From Minisyncoccia bacterium (lineage in GTDB: Bacteria > Patescibacteriota > Minisyncoccia > Phycocordibacterales > UBA9973): 64,000 nucleotides of DNA. The notes below the pieces were generated by a model, which was given only the letters and a program-made list of their open reading frames with translations, was not told the origin of the DNA and ran no database searches. The translations under genes were made by a program, and so were the position numbers. The stretch covers positions 11,933-75,932 of the forward strand of contig JBAQNN010000003.1 of NCBI GenBank assembly GCA_049303835.1, read 5' to 3'. This document shows positions 18,003 to 28,416 of the stretch, piece after piece (the first letter of the stretch is position 1; each line of letters starts with the position of its first letter).

Positions 18003-20714
18003 ATGCCACCACTAAATAAATTTACAACCAAAGCGAAAGAAGCCATCAAAAGATCTCACGAGCTGGCCATCGAGCGCGGAGTAAACCATGTTTCTTCTCT
18101 TCATCTACTTGCCGCACTACTACTCGCTGAAGAATCCATAGTAAATTCAATTTTAGATAAACTTGGGATAGATACGATGCTCTTAACTGATTCTGTTTTG
18201 GAACTAATTGAGTTGCCGGAATCGCATAGCACTCTTTCTCCGTCTTATCAGATTTATCTCAATCCGGATTTAGCTCAAGTGATTGAGCAATCGGTAAAAT
18301 TGGCTGAATACATGAAAGATGATTTTGTATCTACGGAGCATCTTTTCATTGCTATTTTAGAAGTGACCAGTGAAGCGAGAGAAACCTTGGCACGATTCAG
18401 AATTCACAAGGATCAAGTGGTAAAGATTTTGGGGGAATTGCGTAGTCAGAATATTACCGATGTTTCTGAGCCAAAGAAATTCAAACTGTTGATAAAATAT
18501 ACTCGCAACCTTACTAAGCTAGCCAAGGAAGATAAACTAGATCCAGTCATCGGCCGCGATAGTGAAATTACTCGTATTATGCAAATACTTTCACGCAGAA
18601 CCAAAAACAATCCTATTTTGATAGGAGAAGCGGGTACCGGCAAGACTGCGGTGGTAGAGGGTCTCGCGCAAATGATCACTAAAAATAATGTTCCTGAGTC
18701 TTTGAGAGAAAAAGAGCTTGTTTCGCTTGATTTGGGTTTGTTGGTTGCCGGCACAAAATATCGTGGGGAATTTGAGGAAAGATTGAAAGGAATAATGAAA
18801 GAAATTGAACGTTCTGATGGTAAGATAATTCTTTTTATTGATGAGATTCATACTATCGTCGGTGCAGGAGGCGCAGAAGGCACAATGGATGCTTCCAATA
18901 TGTTGAAACCAGCGCTTTCTCGTGGTGAATTGCGGGCTATCGGGGCGACGACCTTGCGAGAATATCAAAAACACATAGAGAAAGATCCGGCGCTAGCTCG
19001 TCGTTTTCAGCCGGTTTATATTGATGAACCTTCTACAGAAGATGCTATCGCTATTTTGCGCGGGTTAAAAGAAAAATATGAACTTTTCCACGGTATACGT
19101 ATTACCGATGATGCTATTTTGGCCGCAGTAAATCTTTCCTCACGTTATATTACCAACAGGTTCTTGCCTGACAAAGCAGTGGATTTGATTGATGAAGCTT
19201 CTTCTTCACTTAAAATAATGTTAGGAAATAAGCCACCAATATTAGAAGATGCCCACCGAAAAAAAATGCGTCTGGAAATAGAAAAAGAAGCACTAAAAAA
19301 AGAACTGGCTTCCGATTCTAGAGGAGAGAAGGATAAACACAATAAAAAAGCGAGAAACAGTGAGATGAAGAATAGGATCAAAGAGATAGACAGGGAAATT
19401 AGTAATCTTTCCGAGAAAACAAAAGAAATTGAACTAAAGTGGCAAAATGAAAAGGAAACAGTCTCGGAGATTCGCGCCATAAAAAAAGATTTGGAAAGTA
19501 TTCGTTTGGAAGCGGAAGATGCGGAGATGAGATCGGATCTCTCTTTGGCTGCGGAGATAAGATATGGGAAAATACCGGAGTTAAAAAAAGAACTTGAAGT
19601 AAAACTGACCCGATTAAAAAAATTACAAAAATCTCGCAGAATGTTGAAAGAAGAAATCACCGCTGAGGATATCGCAGAAGTAGTCGCGCGTTGGACCGGG
19701 ATACCTATCACTAAAATGATGGAAGAAGAACGCGCCAAGCTTGAAAAAATGGAAACGGAGTTGAACAAAAGAGTAATTGGGCAAGATGCTGCCATCAAAC
19801 GAGTGGCGGACGTGATTCGTCGTTCTCGTGCGGGCATCGGAGATCCCAATAGACCGATTGGTTCGTTTATCTTTTTGGGTCCTACCGGAGTCGGAAAGAC
19901 AGAATTGACCAAAGCCTTAGGGCAGTTTATGTTTAATGACGATAATGCGATTATTCGGGTGGACATGTCGGAATATATGGAGCGACATTCCATGTCCAAA
20001 CTTATTGGTTCTCCTCCTGGGTATGTAGGATATGACGAATCAGGTCAACTTACAGAGGCGGTAAGACACCGACCATATTCAGTAATACTTTTTGATGAAA
20101 TTGAAAAAGCACATCCAGAAATTTTCAATGTGCTTTTGCAAGTTATTGATGAAGGAAGATTGACTGACGGAAAAGGGAGAATAGTAAACTTCAAAAATAC
20201 CATCATTATTCTCACTTCCAATATTGGTTCTCAATTTGTGGAAAAAATGGAATCAATAGGTTTTTCTAACAATGGAAAATTACAAGATTATACGAATATG
20301 AAAGAAAAGGTTATGGAAGCATTGAAAGACAATTTTCGTCCAGAATTTTTAAATCGCCTGGATGAAATTATTGTATTTGATATTCTATCCGAAGAGGCAC
20401 TCAAAGAAATAGTAAATTTGAGAATTAAAACTGTACGAGAGCGTCTTTTGGGTAAAGGAATTGACTTGGAAATTTCAGATGAGGCGTTGTCCTATTTGGC
20501 AAAAACCGGTTATGACCCGCATTTTGGCGCCCGTCCACTCAATCGTTTGATTCAAAACAAAATTTTAAACCCAGTAGCCTCACACATCATTTCCAATAAT
20601 TTTAAAAACGGAGATGCAGTGTATGTTTCGGTAAAAGAGGGTGAATTAGTTATTGAAACAAAAAAAGGTCACACCAAAAGCCCGATTCGGGTAAAATCCA
20701 AATCCTCAGTTTGA
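18003..20714 (+). CDS. clpB: ATP-dependent chaperone ClpB
   Basis: Clp N-domain, two AAA+ modules ([15 protein letters not shown]; [14 protein letters not shown]), long middle coiled coil, 903 aa. Confidence 0.9.
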   Translation: MPPLNKFTTKAKEAIKRSHELAIERGVNHVSSLHLLAALLLAEESIVNSILDKLGIDTMLLTDSVLELIELPESHSTLSPSYQIYLNPDLAQVIEQSVKLAEYMKDDFVSTEHLFIAILEVTSEARETLARFRIHKDQVVKILGELRSQNITDVSEPKKFKLLIKYTRNLTKLAKEDKLDPVIGRDSEITRIMQILSRRTKNNPILIGEAGTGKTAVVEGLAQMITKNNVPESLREKELVSLDLGLLVAGTKYRGEFEERLKGIMKEIERSDGKIILFIDEIHTIVGAGGAEGTMDASNMLKPALSRGELRAIGATTLREYQKHIEKDPALARRFQPVYIDEPSTEDAIAILRGLKEKYELFHGIRITDDAILAAVNLSSRYITNRFLPDKAVDLIDEASSSLKIMLGNKPPILEDAHRKKMRLEIEKEALKKELASDSRGEKDKHNKKARNSEMKNRIKEIDREISNLSEKTKEIELKWQNEKETVSEIRAIKKDLESIRLEAEDAEMRSDLSLAAEIRYGKIPELKKELEVKLTRLKKLQKSRRMLKEEITAEDIAEVVARWTGIPITKMMEEERAKLEKMETELNKRVIGQDAAIKRVADVIRRSRAGIGDPNRPIGSFIFLGPTGVGKTELTKALGQFMFNDDNAIIRVDMSEYMERHSMSKLIGSPPGYVGYDESGQLTEAVRHRPYSVILFDEIEKAHPEIFNVLLQVIDEGRLTDGKGRIVNFKNTIIILTSNIGSQFVEKMESIGFSNNGKLQDYTNMKEKVMEALKDNFRPEFLNRLDEIIVFDILSEEALKEIVNLRIKTVRERLLGKGIDLEISDEALSYLAKTGYDPHFGARPLNRLIQNKILNPVASHIISNNFKNGDAVYVSVKEGELVIETKKGHTKSPIRVKSKSSV

Positions 20715-20776
20715 ATTTAATTGTATTTTAAATAAAAAGATGCAAAAAAGTATTTTTTGTGTTATTTTGTATGCAT

Positions 20777-20862
20777 GCGTCGGTGGTAGAGTGGTCAATT
20801 ACAACAGACTGTAAATCTGTCGCCTTCGGGCTACGAAGGTTCGAATCCTTCCCGACGCACCA
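20777..20862 (+). tRNA. tRNA-Tyr(GTA), type II, with encoded 3-prime CCA
   Basis: acceptor gcgtcgg/ccgacgc, anticodon loop ctGTAaa, variable arm, T-loop GGTTCGAATCC, then acca. Confidence 0.75.
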
Positions 20863-20919
20863 AAAGACTAAGAACTTGTTGTTTTTTAAAAGCTATGTTA
20901 TTATGATAGTATATTTCAG

Positions 20920-20940
20920 AAAGGCCTTCGGGCTTTTTTG
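20920..20940 (+). terminator. rho-independent terminator after tRNA-Tyr
   Basis: aaggcc-ttcg-ggctt followed by tttttg. Confidence 0.55.
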
Positions 20941-20954
20941 TTTGAATTTATAAT

Positions 20955-22769
20955 ATGGAAATTAGAAACATAGCAATAATAGCTCACGTGGACCACGGCA
21001 AGACGACCTTGACCGATGCTTTGATGAAACAAAACGGTGGTCTTCAAGACGAAGGAGTATCAATGGATTCAAACGATCTTGAAAAAGAGCGTGGTATCAC
21101 TATTTATTCCAAAAACACTTCTATTTATTATAAAGATACTAAGATAAACATCGTAGATACTCCCGGCCACGCGGACTTCGGTTCGGAAGTAGAACGGGTC
21201 TTGCGCGCGATTGACTCGGTGCTTCTTTTGGTGGATGCGGCTGAAGGACCGATGCCGCAGACTAGATTTGTTTTGAAAAAATCACTGGAATTGGGTTTAA
21301 AACCGATCGTAGTTGTGAACAAAATTGATAAACCTGCTGCTGATCCGCACAAAGTGCACTCGGAAGTTTTAGACCTATTTTTTGAACTGGGTGCGAGTGA
21401 AGAACAAGCAAATTTTGAAACAGTTTACGCGATTGGTCGTACAGGGGTGGCATTTAGAAATCTAGGTGACAAATCTGTTGATCTTTCGCCTCTCTTGGAT
21501 GTGATTTTAGAAAAAGTTCCGCCGGCATCTGTGAATGATGAGGGAAAAATGTCGGCACAAGTTTTTAACTTGGGTTATGATAATTTTTTAGGACGATTGG
21601 CTGTGGCGCGAATTTATTCTGGTAAAGTATTTTCCGGAAGCCAAATTTTTGTGAAAGGAAACGTTGACGGACAGCACGGCGTCAGGAAAGGTAAAATTAC
21701 TAAATTGTTTTCTTTTGAGGGAATAAACAGAAAAGAAACAAACTCTGCAATTTCCGGTGATATTGTGCTTATCGCTGGTATTCCGGATATCTATATCGGA
21801 GAAACAATATGTGAAGATGAAAGTGTGGAGCCCATGCCGCATATTGCAATTGATGAGCCTACTTTATCACTTAATTTTCTAGTCAACGACTCTCCGTTTG
21901 CGGGGCGCGAGGGTAAATTTGTCACTTCCAGACAAATCAAAGAAAGATTGGAAAAAGAATTGGAAATAAACGTCGGGCTCAAGGTTGATTTTTCTCCAGA
22001 CCAAGGTGTAAATAAAATGGGGCCGTCCTTTTTCAAAGTGTATGGCCGAGGAGAACTTCATATCGCTATTTTACTTGAAAACATGCGAAGAGAAGGTTTT
22101 GAAATGCAGGTTTCTCAGCCAGAAGTTATTATTAAAGAAGAAAATGGAATAAAGACCGAGCCGTATGAGGAGCTTGTGATTGATGTTCCGATGGAATTCT
22201 CTGGAAGTGTAATTGAGAAAATAGGAAAAAGGCGAGGTATTATGAAAGATATGGTAGAAAAAGAAGGTATTGCTAGGGTTATTTTTGATATACCCACTCG
22301 TGGACTTTTGGGCTATCGGGGTGAATTTATTATTGACACAAAAGGAGAGGGAATCATGAGTTCAAGGGTTGTAGGTTTTAGAGAATACGCCGGAGAGATA
22401 AAAAAGAGGGAATACGGTTCCATGGTTTCTATGATAGATGGTAAGGCGGTAGCTTTTTCTCTTGCAAATTTGCAAGAACGTGGTATATTGTATATAGGTC
22501 ACGGAGCGGAAGTTTATGAAGGGATGGTAGTTGGTAATGTTTTGAAGGGGGATGATATGTCTGTGAACCCCACAAAAGGAAAACAACTTACTAATATGCG
22601 AGCCTCAGGGACAGACGAGGCAATAACTCTCAATCCTGTTTTTGTTTTGAGTATTGAAAGAGGTTTGGAGGTAATGAACCACGATGAGTATCTGGAAGTT
22701 ACTCCGAAATCTGTGAGACTTAGAAAAAGATATTTAACTGAACTTGACCGAGTGAAAGCAAAGAGATAA
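20955..22769 (+). CDS. typA: translational GTPase TypA/BipA
   Basis: MEIRNIAIIAHVDHGKTTLTDALM, DTPGHADF, NKIDKP; 604 aa. Confidence 0.9.
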   Translation: MEIRNIAIIAHVDHGKTTLTDALMKQNGGLQDEGVSMDSNDLEKERGITIYSKNTSIYYKDTKINIVDTPGHADFGSEVERVLRAIDSVLLLVDAAEGPMPQTRFVLKKSLELGLKPIVVVNKIDKPAADPHKVHSEVLDLFFELGASEEQANFETVYAIGRTGVAFRNLGDKSVDLSPLLDVILEKVPPASVNDEGKMSAQVFNLGYDNFLGRLAVARIYSGKVFSGSQIFVKGNVDGQHGVRKGKITKLFSFEGINRKETNSAISGDIVLIAGIPDIYIGETICEDESVEPMPHIAIDEPTLSLNFLVNDSPFAGREGKFVTSRQIKERLEKELEINVGLKVDFSPDQGVNKMGPSFFKVYGRGELHIAILLENMRREGFEMQVSQPEVIIKEENGIKTEPYEELVIDVPMEFSGSVIEKIGKRRGIMKDMVEKEGIARVIFDIPTRGLLGYRGEFIIDTKGEGIMSSRVVGFREYAGEIKKREYGSMVSMIDGKAVAFSLANLQERGILYIGHGAEVYEGMVVGNVLKGDDMSVNPTKGKQLTNMRASGTDEAITLNPVFVLSIERGLEVMNHDEYLEVTPKSVRLRKRYLTELDRVKAKR

Positions 22770-22797
22770 AAATAATTATAAATTATGAATTAAAATT

Positions 22798-23829
22798 ATG
22801 CCAACAATATCGTTCAAGCCTCAAAAAATAACGAAAAAAATTACCTCACATCTCCAAGAGCGTTCTTCGGACGTAATCATGAATCGTTTTGGCTTGACTC
22901 CCGATGGAAAAAGAAAAACTCTTGAAGAGATCGGAAAAAAATACAACATTACCAGAGAGCGTGTCCGTCAAATTGAGGATGCTGCCTTAAGGCTTATTAA
23001 AAAGTCTGACGCTTATAAGGCGGAGCAGGCGATTTTTGAAGAGATTAAGCATTTGATACATAAAATGGGTTCAATTGTGGCTGAACATGACCTTTTACCA
23101 TTTATATCTAAAGATAAAACAACTCAAAATCATGTTCATTTTTTCTTAGTGTTGAGTGATTTTTTCAAAAATCACCGGGAAGATGATCATTTTCATGTTC
23201 GTTGGAGTGTAGACGACGCTACAACTGAAAAAGTGCATGATGCTCTAAAAAAACTTTTTGCTTCTTTGAACGATGAAGATCTTATTCCGGAAACAGAAAT
23301 GATCAAGAGGTTTTTTGAACACATGAAAGATTCTACCGAACAATATAGAGATGAAGAAATAGTAAAAAGATGGCTTTCTATGTCAAAAGCAGTGGCCAAA
23401 AATCCTCTCGGCGAATGGGGGAAGGCGTCTTCACCAAACATTTCTACTCGCGGGGTAAAGGACTTTGCTTTTTTGGTTATGAGACGTCATGGTTCCCCGA
23501 TGCACTTTAAAGAAGTAGCAGATTCTATTTCTAAAACTTTTGGGAAAAAGACTCACTACGCTACTTGTCATAATGAACTTATAAAAGACTCTCGTTTTGT
23601 ATTGGTGGGCCGTGGGATGTACGCTTTGTCTGAATGGGGGTATAAGGCAGGTATTGCTCGCGAAGTCATACAGGATATATTAAAAAGAGAAGGAGAACCT
23701 TTGTCTAAAGAGGCTATAGTGGAAAAGGTAATGAAAGAAAGATATTTCAAAAAAAATACTATTTTAGTAAATCTAGCAAACCCAAAATATTTTAAAAAGA
23801 ATAAAGAAGGACTCTACACCATAGCCTAG
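22798..23829 (+). CDS. DNA-binding protein with N-terminal sigma-70 region-4-like HTH and C-terminal HARE-HTH-like winged helix
   Basis: N-term [38 protein letters not shown] (sigma r4 signature); C-term [17 protein letters not shown] resembles HARE-HTH/RNAP delta N-domain. Confidence 0.45.
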   Translation: MPTISFKPQKITKKITSHLQERSSDVIMNRFGLTPDGKRKTLEEIGKKYNITRERVRQIEDAALRLIKKSDAYKAEQAIFEEIKHLIHKMGSIVAEHDLLPFISKDKTTQNHVHFFLVLSDFFKNHREDDHFHVRWSVDDATTEKVHDALKKLFASLNDEDLIPETEMIKRFFEHMKDSTEQYRDEEIVKRWLSMSKAVAKNPLGEWGKASSPNISTRGVKDFAFLVMRRHGSPMHFKEVADSISKTFGKKTHYATCHNELIKDSRFVLVGRGMYALSEWGYKAGIAREVIQDILKREGEPLSKEAIVEKVMKERYFKKNTILVNLANPKYFKKNKEGLYTIA

Positions 23830-23865
23830 CTGTATTTTTTCTTGTATTTGTACTAAAATATAAGA

Positions 23866-25287
23866 ATGGCTGAGAAAAAAGGAGAGGGCAAAGGAGGATT
23901 TGATAGTTTTCTTGATTCTCTAGAAGAAGTGATAATAGAAAATTGGCTTTGGATTTTAATCCTCATAATTGGCTATTTTCTTTTTCAGAATGAGTTGCAA
24001 TATACGACACTAAGAATAATTTTGCCTATTGCGGGAGTTATTTTACTCGGTCGTATCGCTTGGGTTCTCTGGGTTCATTATGTCCAACAAGATTTTATTT
24101 CAGGGATTGATTTTGTTTTGTTGGAGATAATTCCTCCGCGTGAAGTTTTGCGTTCTCCAAAAGCGATGGAACTTTTTTTTACCAATGCTCTCTACCACTG
24201 GAGTATGAAAGGGGGGAGAGAGGAGTGGTGGCAAGGGGCGGTATGGTTTTGGTTTTCACTGGAGATCGTTTCTATTGATGGACAAGTGCATTTTTATATT
24301 AGGACCCCGACCCGTATTAGAGGGCTAATTGAAACTCAGATGTATGCACAATATCCACAAGCGCAAGTAAAAGCGGTGGAAGATTACACCTTGGCAGTTG
24401 ATAAAATTTCTCCTGATAGCACTTGGAATGCTTGGGGATGCGAACTAAAATTAGAAAAACCGGAAGCATATCCTATCAAGACTTACGTAGATTTTGGACT
24501 AGATAAAGACCCGAAAGAAGAATTCAAAGTAGACCCAATTTCTCCTCTAATTGAACTTTTCGGGTCCCTTCAAAAAGGAGAACAAATGTGGATGCAGATA
24601 GTTGTCAGGCCATCAAAAACAGAATATCGCACAAAAGGTACTTGGTTTGGAAAACATGACTGGGTTGTGGAAGCTAAAAAAGAATTAGACAAGTTGTTGC
24701 TTCCATATACTTCTCAAAGAGATGAGCCTGGGGAAGGACTTGTTAAGTTGGCCCGAATAGAAGTTCGTGTCCCGGATACTTTAAAAAGAGCGGTGGAAAG
24801 GATGAATTTGAAAGTTTCTAAACTCGGATTTGATACGGGTATCAGACTTATGTATGTTGCCAAGAAAGAAGTATATAATTTAGAAAGTAGAAGGAATATC
24901 CGCCTTGTCTGGCGTCAATATGCAGCCCCAGATGTTAATGGTTTGACCCGTGTGAATGCTACTCAGGGAGATGCCTATAATTCTTCTTTTTTTGGACTTT
25001 CTTCTGAACAAGTGATGGTGTTGGCAGATAGAATGCTTCACGAATATCGTGAACGAGGATTTTTCCATCTTCCACTTCGTCACGTTTTTAACAACCACAG
25101 TCTTTCGGGGGTACTTTTGTTTGTTGTAAAGCAATTTTGGTTGCCTTATTTTCATCCCCCGACATTTGTATTAAACACAGAAGAACTGGCAACTCTTTGG
25201 CATTTCCCTGGCCAAATACTGAAAGTACCTACGCTTGAACGTATTGAGTCAAAAGAAGCTTCTCCTCCTACTAACTTGCCGACATAA
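23866..25287 (+). CDS. large conserved hypothetical membrane protein (two N-terminal TM helices, about 380-aa soluble domain)
   Basis: hydrophobic helices at about aa 25-70; no catalytic motif recognised. Confidence 0.45.
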   Translation: MAEKKGEGKGGFDSFLDSLEEVIIENWLWILILIIGYFLFQNELQYTTLRIILPIAGVILLGRIAWVLWVHYVQQDFISGIDFVLLEIIPPREVLRSPKAMELFFTNALYHWSMKGGREEWWQGAVWFWFSLEIVSIDGQVHFYIRTPTRIRGLIETQMYAQYPQAQVKAVEDYTLAVDKISPDSTWNAWGCELKLEKPEAYPIKTYVDFGLDKDPKEEFKVDPISPLIELFGSLQKGEQMWMQIVVRPSKTEYRTKGTWFGKHDWVVEAKKELDKLLLPYTSQRDEPGEGLVKLARIEVRVPDTLKRAVERMNLKVSKLGFDTGIRLMYVAKKEVYNLESRRNIRLVWRQYAAPDVNGLTRVNATQGDAYNSSFFGLSSEQVMVLADRMLHEYRERGFFHLPLRHVFNNHSLSGVLLFVVKQFWLPYFHPPTFVLNTEELATLWHFPGQILKVPTLERIESKEASPPTNLPT

Positions 25288-25290
25288 TTT

Positions 25291-26223
25291 ATGGACAATT
25301 CTTTTTTACTAGAAAGTAATGAAATTGAACATCCGACATCAAAGCTCAACAAAAAAAAGGTTGTGTATATCTTTGGTCTTGTTTTATTTGTAATAATTTT
25401 CTACTCTTTCTTTCTAAGTGCTCCTAGAAATTTTCCAGCAGGAGTTGTGGTGAGAATAGAACCTGGGATGAACCTCCGAAACGTGTCTTCTCTTTTGAAG
25501 AAAGAAAGTATTATACGTTCCAGAGTAATGTTTGAATCCTTCATGATAATTTTTGGTTCAGAGTTGCGCATTATATCTTCTGATTATCTTTTTGAAAAAA
25601 AATTATCGGTTTGGACTATAGCTAAGCGTATAGGAAAGGGTGAACACAATATGGCGCCAATATCGGTTACCATTCCGGAAGGTTACGACACAAAACAAAT
25701 TGAAGAGGTTTTTTCTACAAAACTAACACATTTTGATAAAATAAAATTTCTTTCAAAAACGGAAGGGATGGAAGGGTATCTTTTTCCGGACACTTATTTT
25801 TTTCTTAGTGATGCGAATGAAACAGATGTAATAAATTCAATGAACGGTAATTTTAAGAAAAAGATAGTGCCGTTGCTTCCGGATATTGCCGCTTTTGGAA
25901 AAACAGAAAAAGAAATTATTACCATGGCTTCTATTATTGAAAGGGAGGCAAAAGGGGACACGGACAGGGAAATAATTTCCGGAATTTTATGGAAAAGAAT
26001 AAAAATAGGAATGGCTCTTCAGGTAGATGCCGCGCCCGTTACTTACAAGACAAAAGAATTACCAAAGAATCCAATAGGAAATCCTGGGCTGTTGTCCATC
26101 AAAGCGGCGATTTTTCCAAAAGCATCATCATATCTTTACTATTTGCATGATAAAAATGGTAATATCCACTACGCAAAAAATTTTTCGGAGCATCAAATAA
26201 ATATAAAAAAATACTTAAAATAA
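25291..26223 (+). CDS. mltG: endolytic murein transglycosylase MltG (YceG family)
   Basis: N-terminal TM; VTIPEGYD, YLFPDTYFF, ASIIEREAK family blocks. Confidence 0.75.
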   Translation: MDNSFLLESNEIEHPTSKLNKKKVVYIFGLVLFVIIFYSFFLSAPRNFPAGVVVRIEPGMNLRNVSSLLKKESIIRSRVMFESFMIIFGSELRIISSDYLFEKKLSVWTIAKRIGKGEHNMAPISVTIPEGYDTKQIEEVFSTKLTHFDKIKFLSKTEGMEGYLFPDTYFFLSDANETDVINSMNGNFKKKIVPLLPDIAAFGKTEKEIITMASIIEREAKGDTDREIISGILWKRIKIGMALQVDAAPVTYKTKELPKNPIGNPGLLSIKAAIFPKASSYLYYLHDKNGNIHYAKNFSEHQINIKKYLK

Positions 26224-26227
26224 TGTT

Positions 26228-26755
26228 ATGAAAAAACATAATTTTGCTTTTATTGATATAGAAACTACCGGTCTTAATCTGGAAAAGAATGAGATTATTG
26301 AAATCGGTTGTGTACTTTCTACCCCCTTGTTGGAAGTGATTGAAGAATTTGAGTTAAAAATAAAACCCAAATATATTGAAAATGCCGACCCTGTCGCCCT
26401 CAAAGTAAATCATTATAAAGAAAAAGATTGGGAGAATTCTCTTGATTTAAAAGAGGCCATGGAAATTTTCTCACGGAAGGTAAAGGGTTGTATTATGGTT
26501 GGACATAACGTAGCTTTTGATGCAGGATTTTTAGAATATGCTTTCAATAAAACAGAGATTCCAAATACAATGCACTATCATAAACTGGATACAGTCTCTA
26601 TTTCTTGGGCCAAATTACACAGAGAGCCGGACCTTGAACATTTTTCATTGCGTGAATTGTGCGAACGTTTTGATATAAAAAATGAAAGAGCGCACACTGC
26701 TCTTCCTGATGCTCGTGCTACTTTTTTACTTTACAAAAAGCTGATGACTCTATAA
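26228..26755 (+). CDS. DEDDh 3-prime-5-prime exonuclease (DnaQ/epsilon-like)
   Basis: Exo I FAFIDIETTGL, Exo II HNVAFD, Exo III H...D near C-terminus. Confidence 0.75.
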   Translation: MKKHNFAFIDIETTGLNLEKNEIIEIGCVLSTPLLEVIEEFELKIKPKYIENADPVALKVNHYKEKDWENSLDLKEAMEIFSRKVKGCIMVGHNVAFDAGFLEYAFNKTEIPNTMHYHKLDTVSISWAKLHREPDLEHFSLRELCERFDIKNERAHTALPDARATFLLYKKLMTL

Positions 26756-26768
26756 ACTCAAAAGAGTT

Positions 26769-27929
26769 ATGAAGAAAACAGTATTTGTAGGGTTATCCGG
26801 AGGAGTAGATTCCGCTGTTTCTGCTGCTTTGCTCCAGAAACAGGGTTATGAAGTCGTTGGGGTCTTTATAAAGACCTGGCATCCGGAGTTTTTGGTTTGC
26901 AATGAAGAAGAAGAACGACGGGATGCTATGCGGATAGCAGCTTTTTTAGATATTCCTTTTTTAACATTAGATTTGGAGAATGTATATAAAAAAGAAGTTG
27001 CTGATTACATGATAAAAGAATATAAAATGGGTAGAACGCCAAATCCGGATGTGATGTGTAATAAAGAAGTAAAATTCGGAGCTTTTCTCAAAAAAGCACT
27101 TGCCATGGGGGCGGATTATGTGGCTACTGGACATTATGCAAATACAGAAATAGGATTGAAAAATCCTTTGTCTTTACTTCACCCTGCGGGCGGAATCTTC
27201 CGACAGCAGAATCTCCCAAACCTGTTTCTTAAAAAAGGAGCTGATTTATCAAAAGATCAAGTATATTTTTTGTGGACCCTAAAACAATCACAACTTAATA
27301 AAATTTTGTTTCCGATTGGAAATTTAAAAAAGACGGAAGTGAGGAAACTTGCCAAGAAATTCAGGTTGCCTGTGGCAGAGAAAAAGGACAGTCAAGGTAT
27401 CTGTTTCCTTGGTGCTGTAGATTTGAAAGAATTTTTGAAACACTATATTAAACCCAAACGAGGAAAAGTATTTGATGTGAATGGTGAAGAGATTGGCCAT
27501 CACGACGGAGCAGTTTTTTATACTTTGGGTGAGAGACACGGTTTTACTATTACCAAGAAAAGTTCTACAGACGGACCGTATTATATCGTAGCGAAAGATG
27601 TGAAAAAAAATATTCTTTTTGTATCGCAAGACAAGAATTTTGAAAATTCTTCGGCTTTTTTCCACCCTGCGGGCGGAACCTTCCGCTCAAGTAATTTTGA
27701 AAATTCTTGTTTTTTGGATGAAACGAATTGGATTAATGAAGTCCCAAAATTAAATAAAAATTATACAGCCCAAATAAGATATCATGGAGAATTTTTGTCT
27801 TGTGGAATAAAATCTACTTCTAAAAATAAGGCAGAAATAATTTTCCCAAAGCCGATATTGGTTGCTTCCGGACAATCTTGTGTCATATATGATGGCGATG
27901 TTTGCTTGGGTGGGGGGATTGTTGTATGA
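26769..27929 (+). CDS. mnmA: tRNA-specific 2-thiouridylase MnmA
   Basis: PP-loop VGLSGGVDSAVSA; ATGHYA; carries two in-frame GC-rich inserts (see findings). Confidence 0.85.
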   Translation: MKKTVFVGLSGGVDSAVSAALLQKQGYEVVGVFIKTWHPEFLVCNEEEERRDAMRIAAFLDIPFLTLDLENVYKKEVADYMIKEYKMGRTPNPDVMCNKEVKFGAFLKKALAMGADYVATGHYANTEIGLKNPLSLLHPAGGIFRQQNLPNLFLKKGADLSKDQVYFLWTLKQSQLNKILFPIGNLKKTEVRKLAKKFRLPVAEKKDSQGICFLGAVDLKEFLKHYIKPKRGKVFDVNGEEIGHHDGAVFYTLGERHGFTITKKSSTDGPYYIVAKDVKKNILFVSQDKNFENSSAFFHPAGGTFRSSNFENSCFLDETNWINEVPKLNKNYTAQIRYHGEFLSCGIKSTSKNKAEIIFPKPILVASGQSCVIYDGDVCLGGGIVV

Positions 27930-27936
27930 TTTATTT

Positions 27937-28407
27937 ATGTCTCAATTTTTTGCACAAAATAGTGAAATTATAATCAGATTATTAGTAGCGGGTGGGTTAG
28001 GTTTGTTAGTAGGTGCTGAGAGGCTTTTTGTCGGGAAACAAGCGGGAATGAAAACACATGCGCTTGTATCTTTGGGTTCCGCCTTGTTTGTGATAATCTC
28101 TGAATTAATTGCACTTGAATATACGGGTGTTGGTGATTTTGATCCTTCTAGAATTGCTTCTCAAATAATTGTAGGGATAGGATTTTTGGGAGCAGGCTCA
28201 ATAATGCTACAAGACTCCAGATTGCAAGGCCTTACTACTGCCGGTGGCTTGTGGGTTATGGCTGGGATAGGAATGGCTTGTGGTTTTGGTTTTTATAATT
28301 TAGCTATAGTCACCACCGTCTTTGTGCTTTTCGTGTTTATTGTGGTGAGTTTGTGTGAAAGGCCAATTAGAAAAATTTCTGAAGAAAAAAAAGAAACTTT
28401 GAACTGA
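27937..28407 (+). CDS. MgtC/SapB family membrane protein
   Basis: ATG at 27937 (the track ORF begins inside mnmA); LLVAGGLGLLVGAER...GLTTAGGLWV typical MgtC N-domain. Confidence 0.7.
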   Translation: MSQFFAQNSEIIIRLLVAGGLGLLVGAERLFVGKQAGMKTHALVSLGSALFVIISELIALEYTGVGDFDPSRIASQIIVGIGFLGAGSIMLQDSRLQGLTTAGGLWVMAGIGMACGFGFYNLAIVTTVFVLFVFIVVSLCERPIRKISEEKKETLN

Positions 28408-28416
28408 ATAAAAAAT

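Noticed and set aside
19145-19999. 284-aa minus-strand ORF inside clpB
   Set aside because: Antisense shadow ORF of a highly conserved gene. Ser/Phe/Ile-rich, no motifs.
20759-20953. 64-aa ORF
   Set aside because: It overlaps tRNA-Tyr and its terminator.
27862-27936. Upstream extension of the MgtC ORF into mnmA
   Set aside because: An ATG at 27937 right after the mnmA stop gives a canonical MgtC N-terminus.
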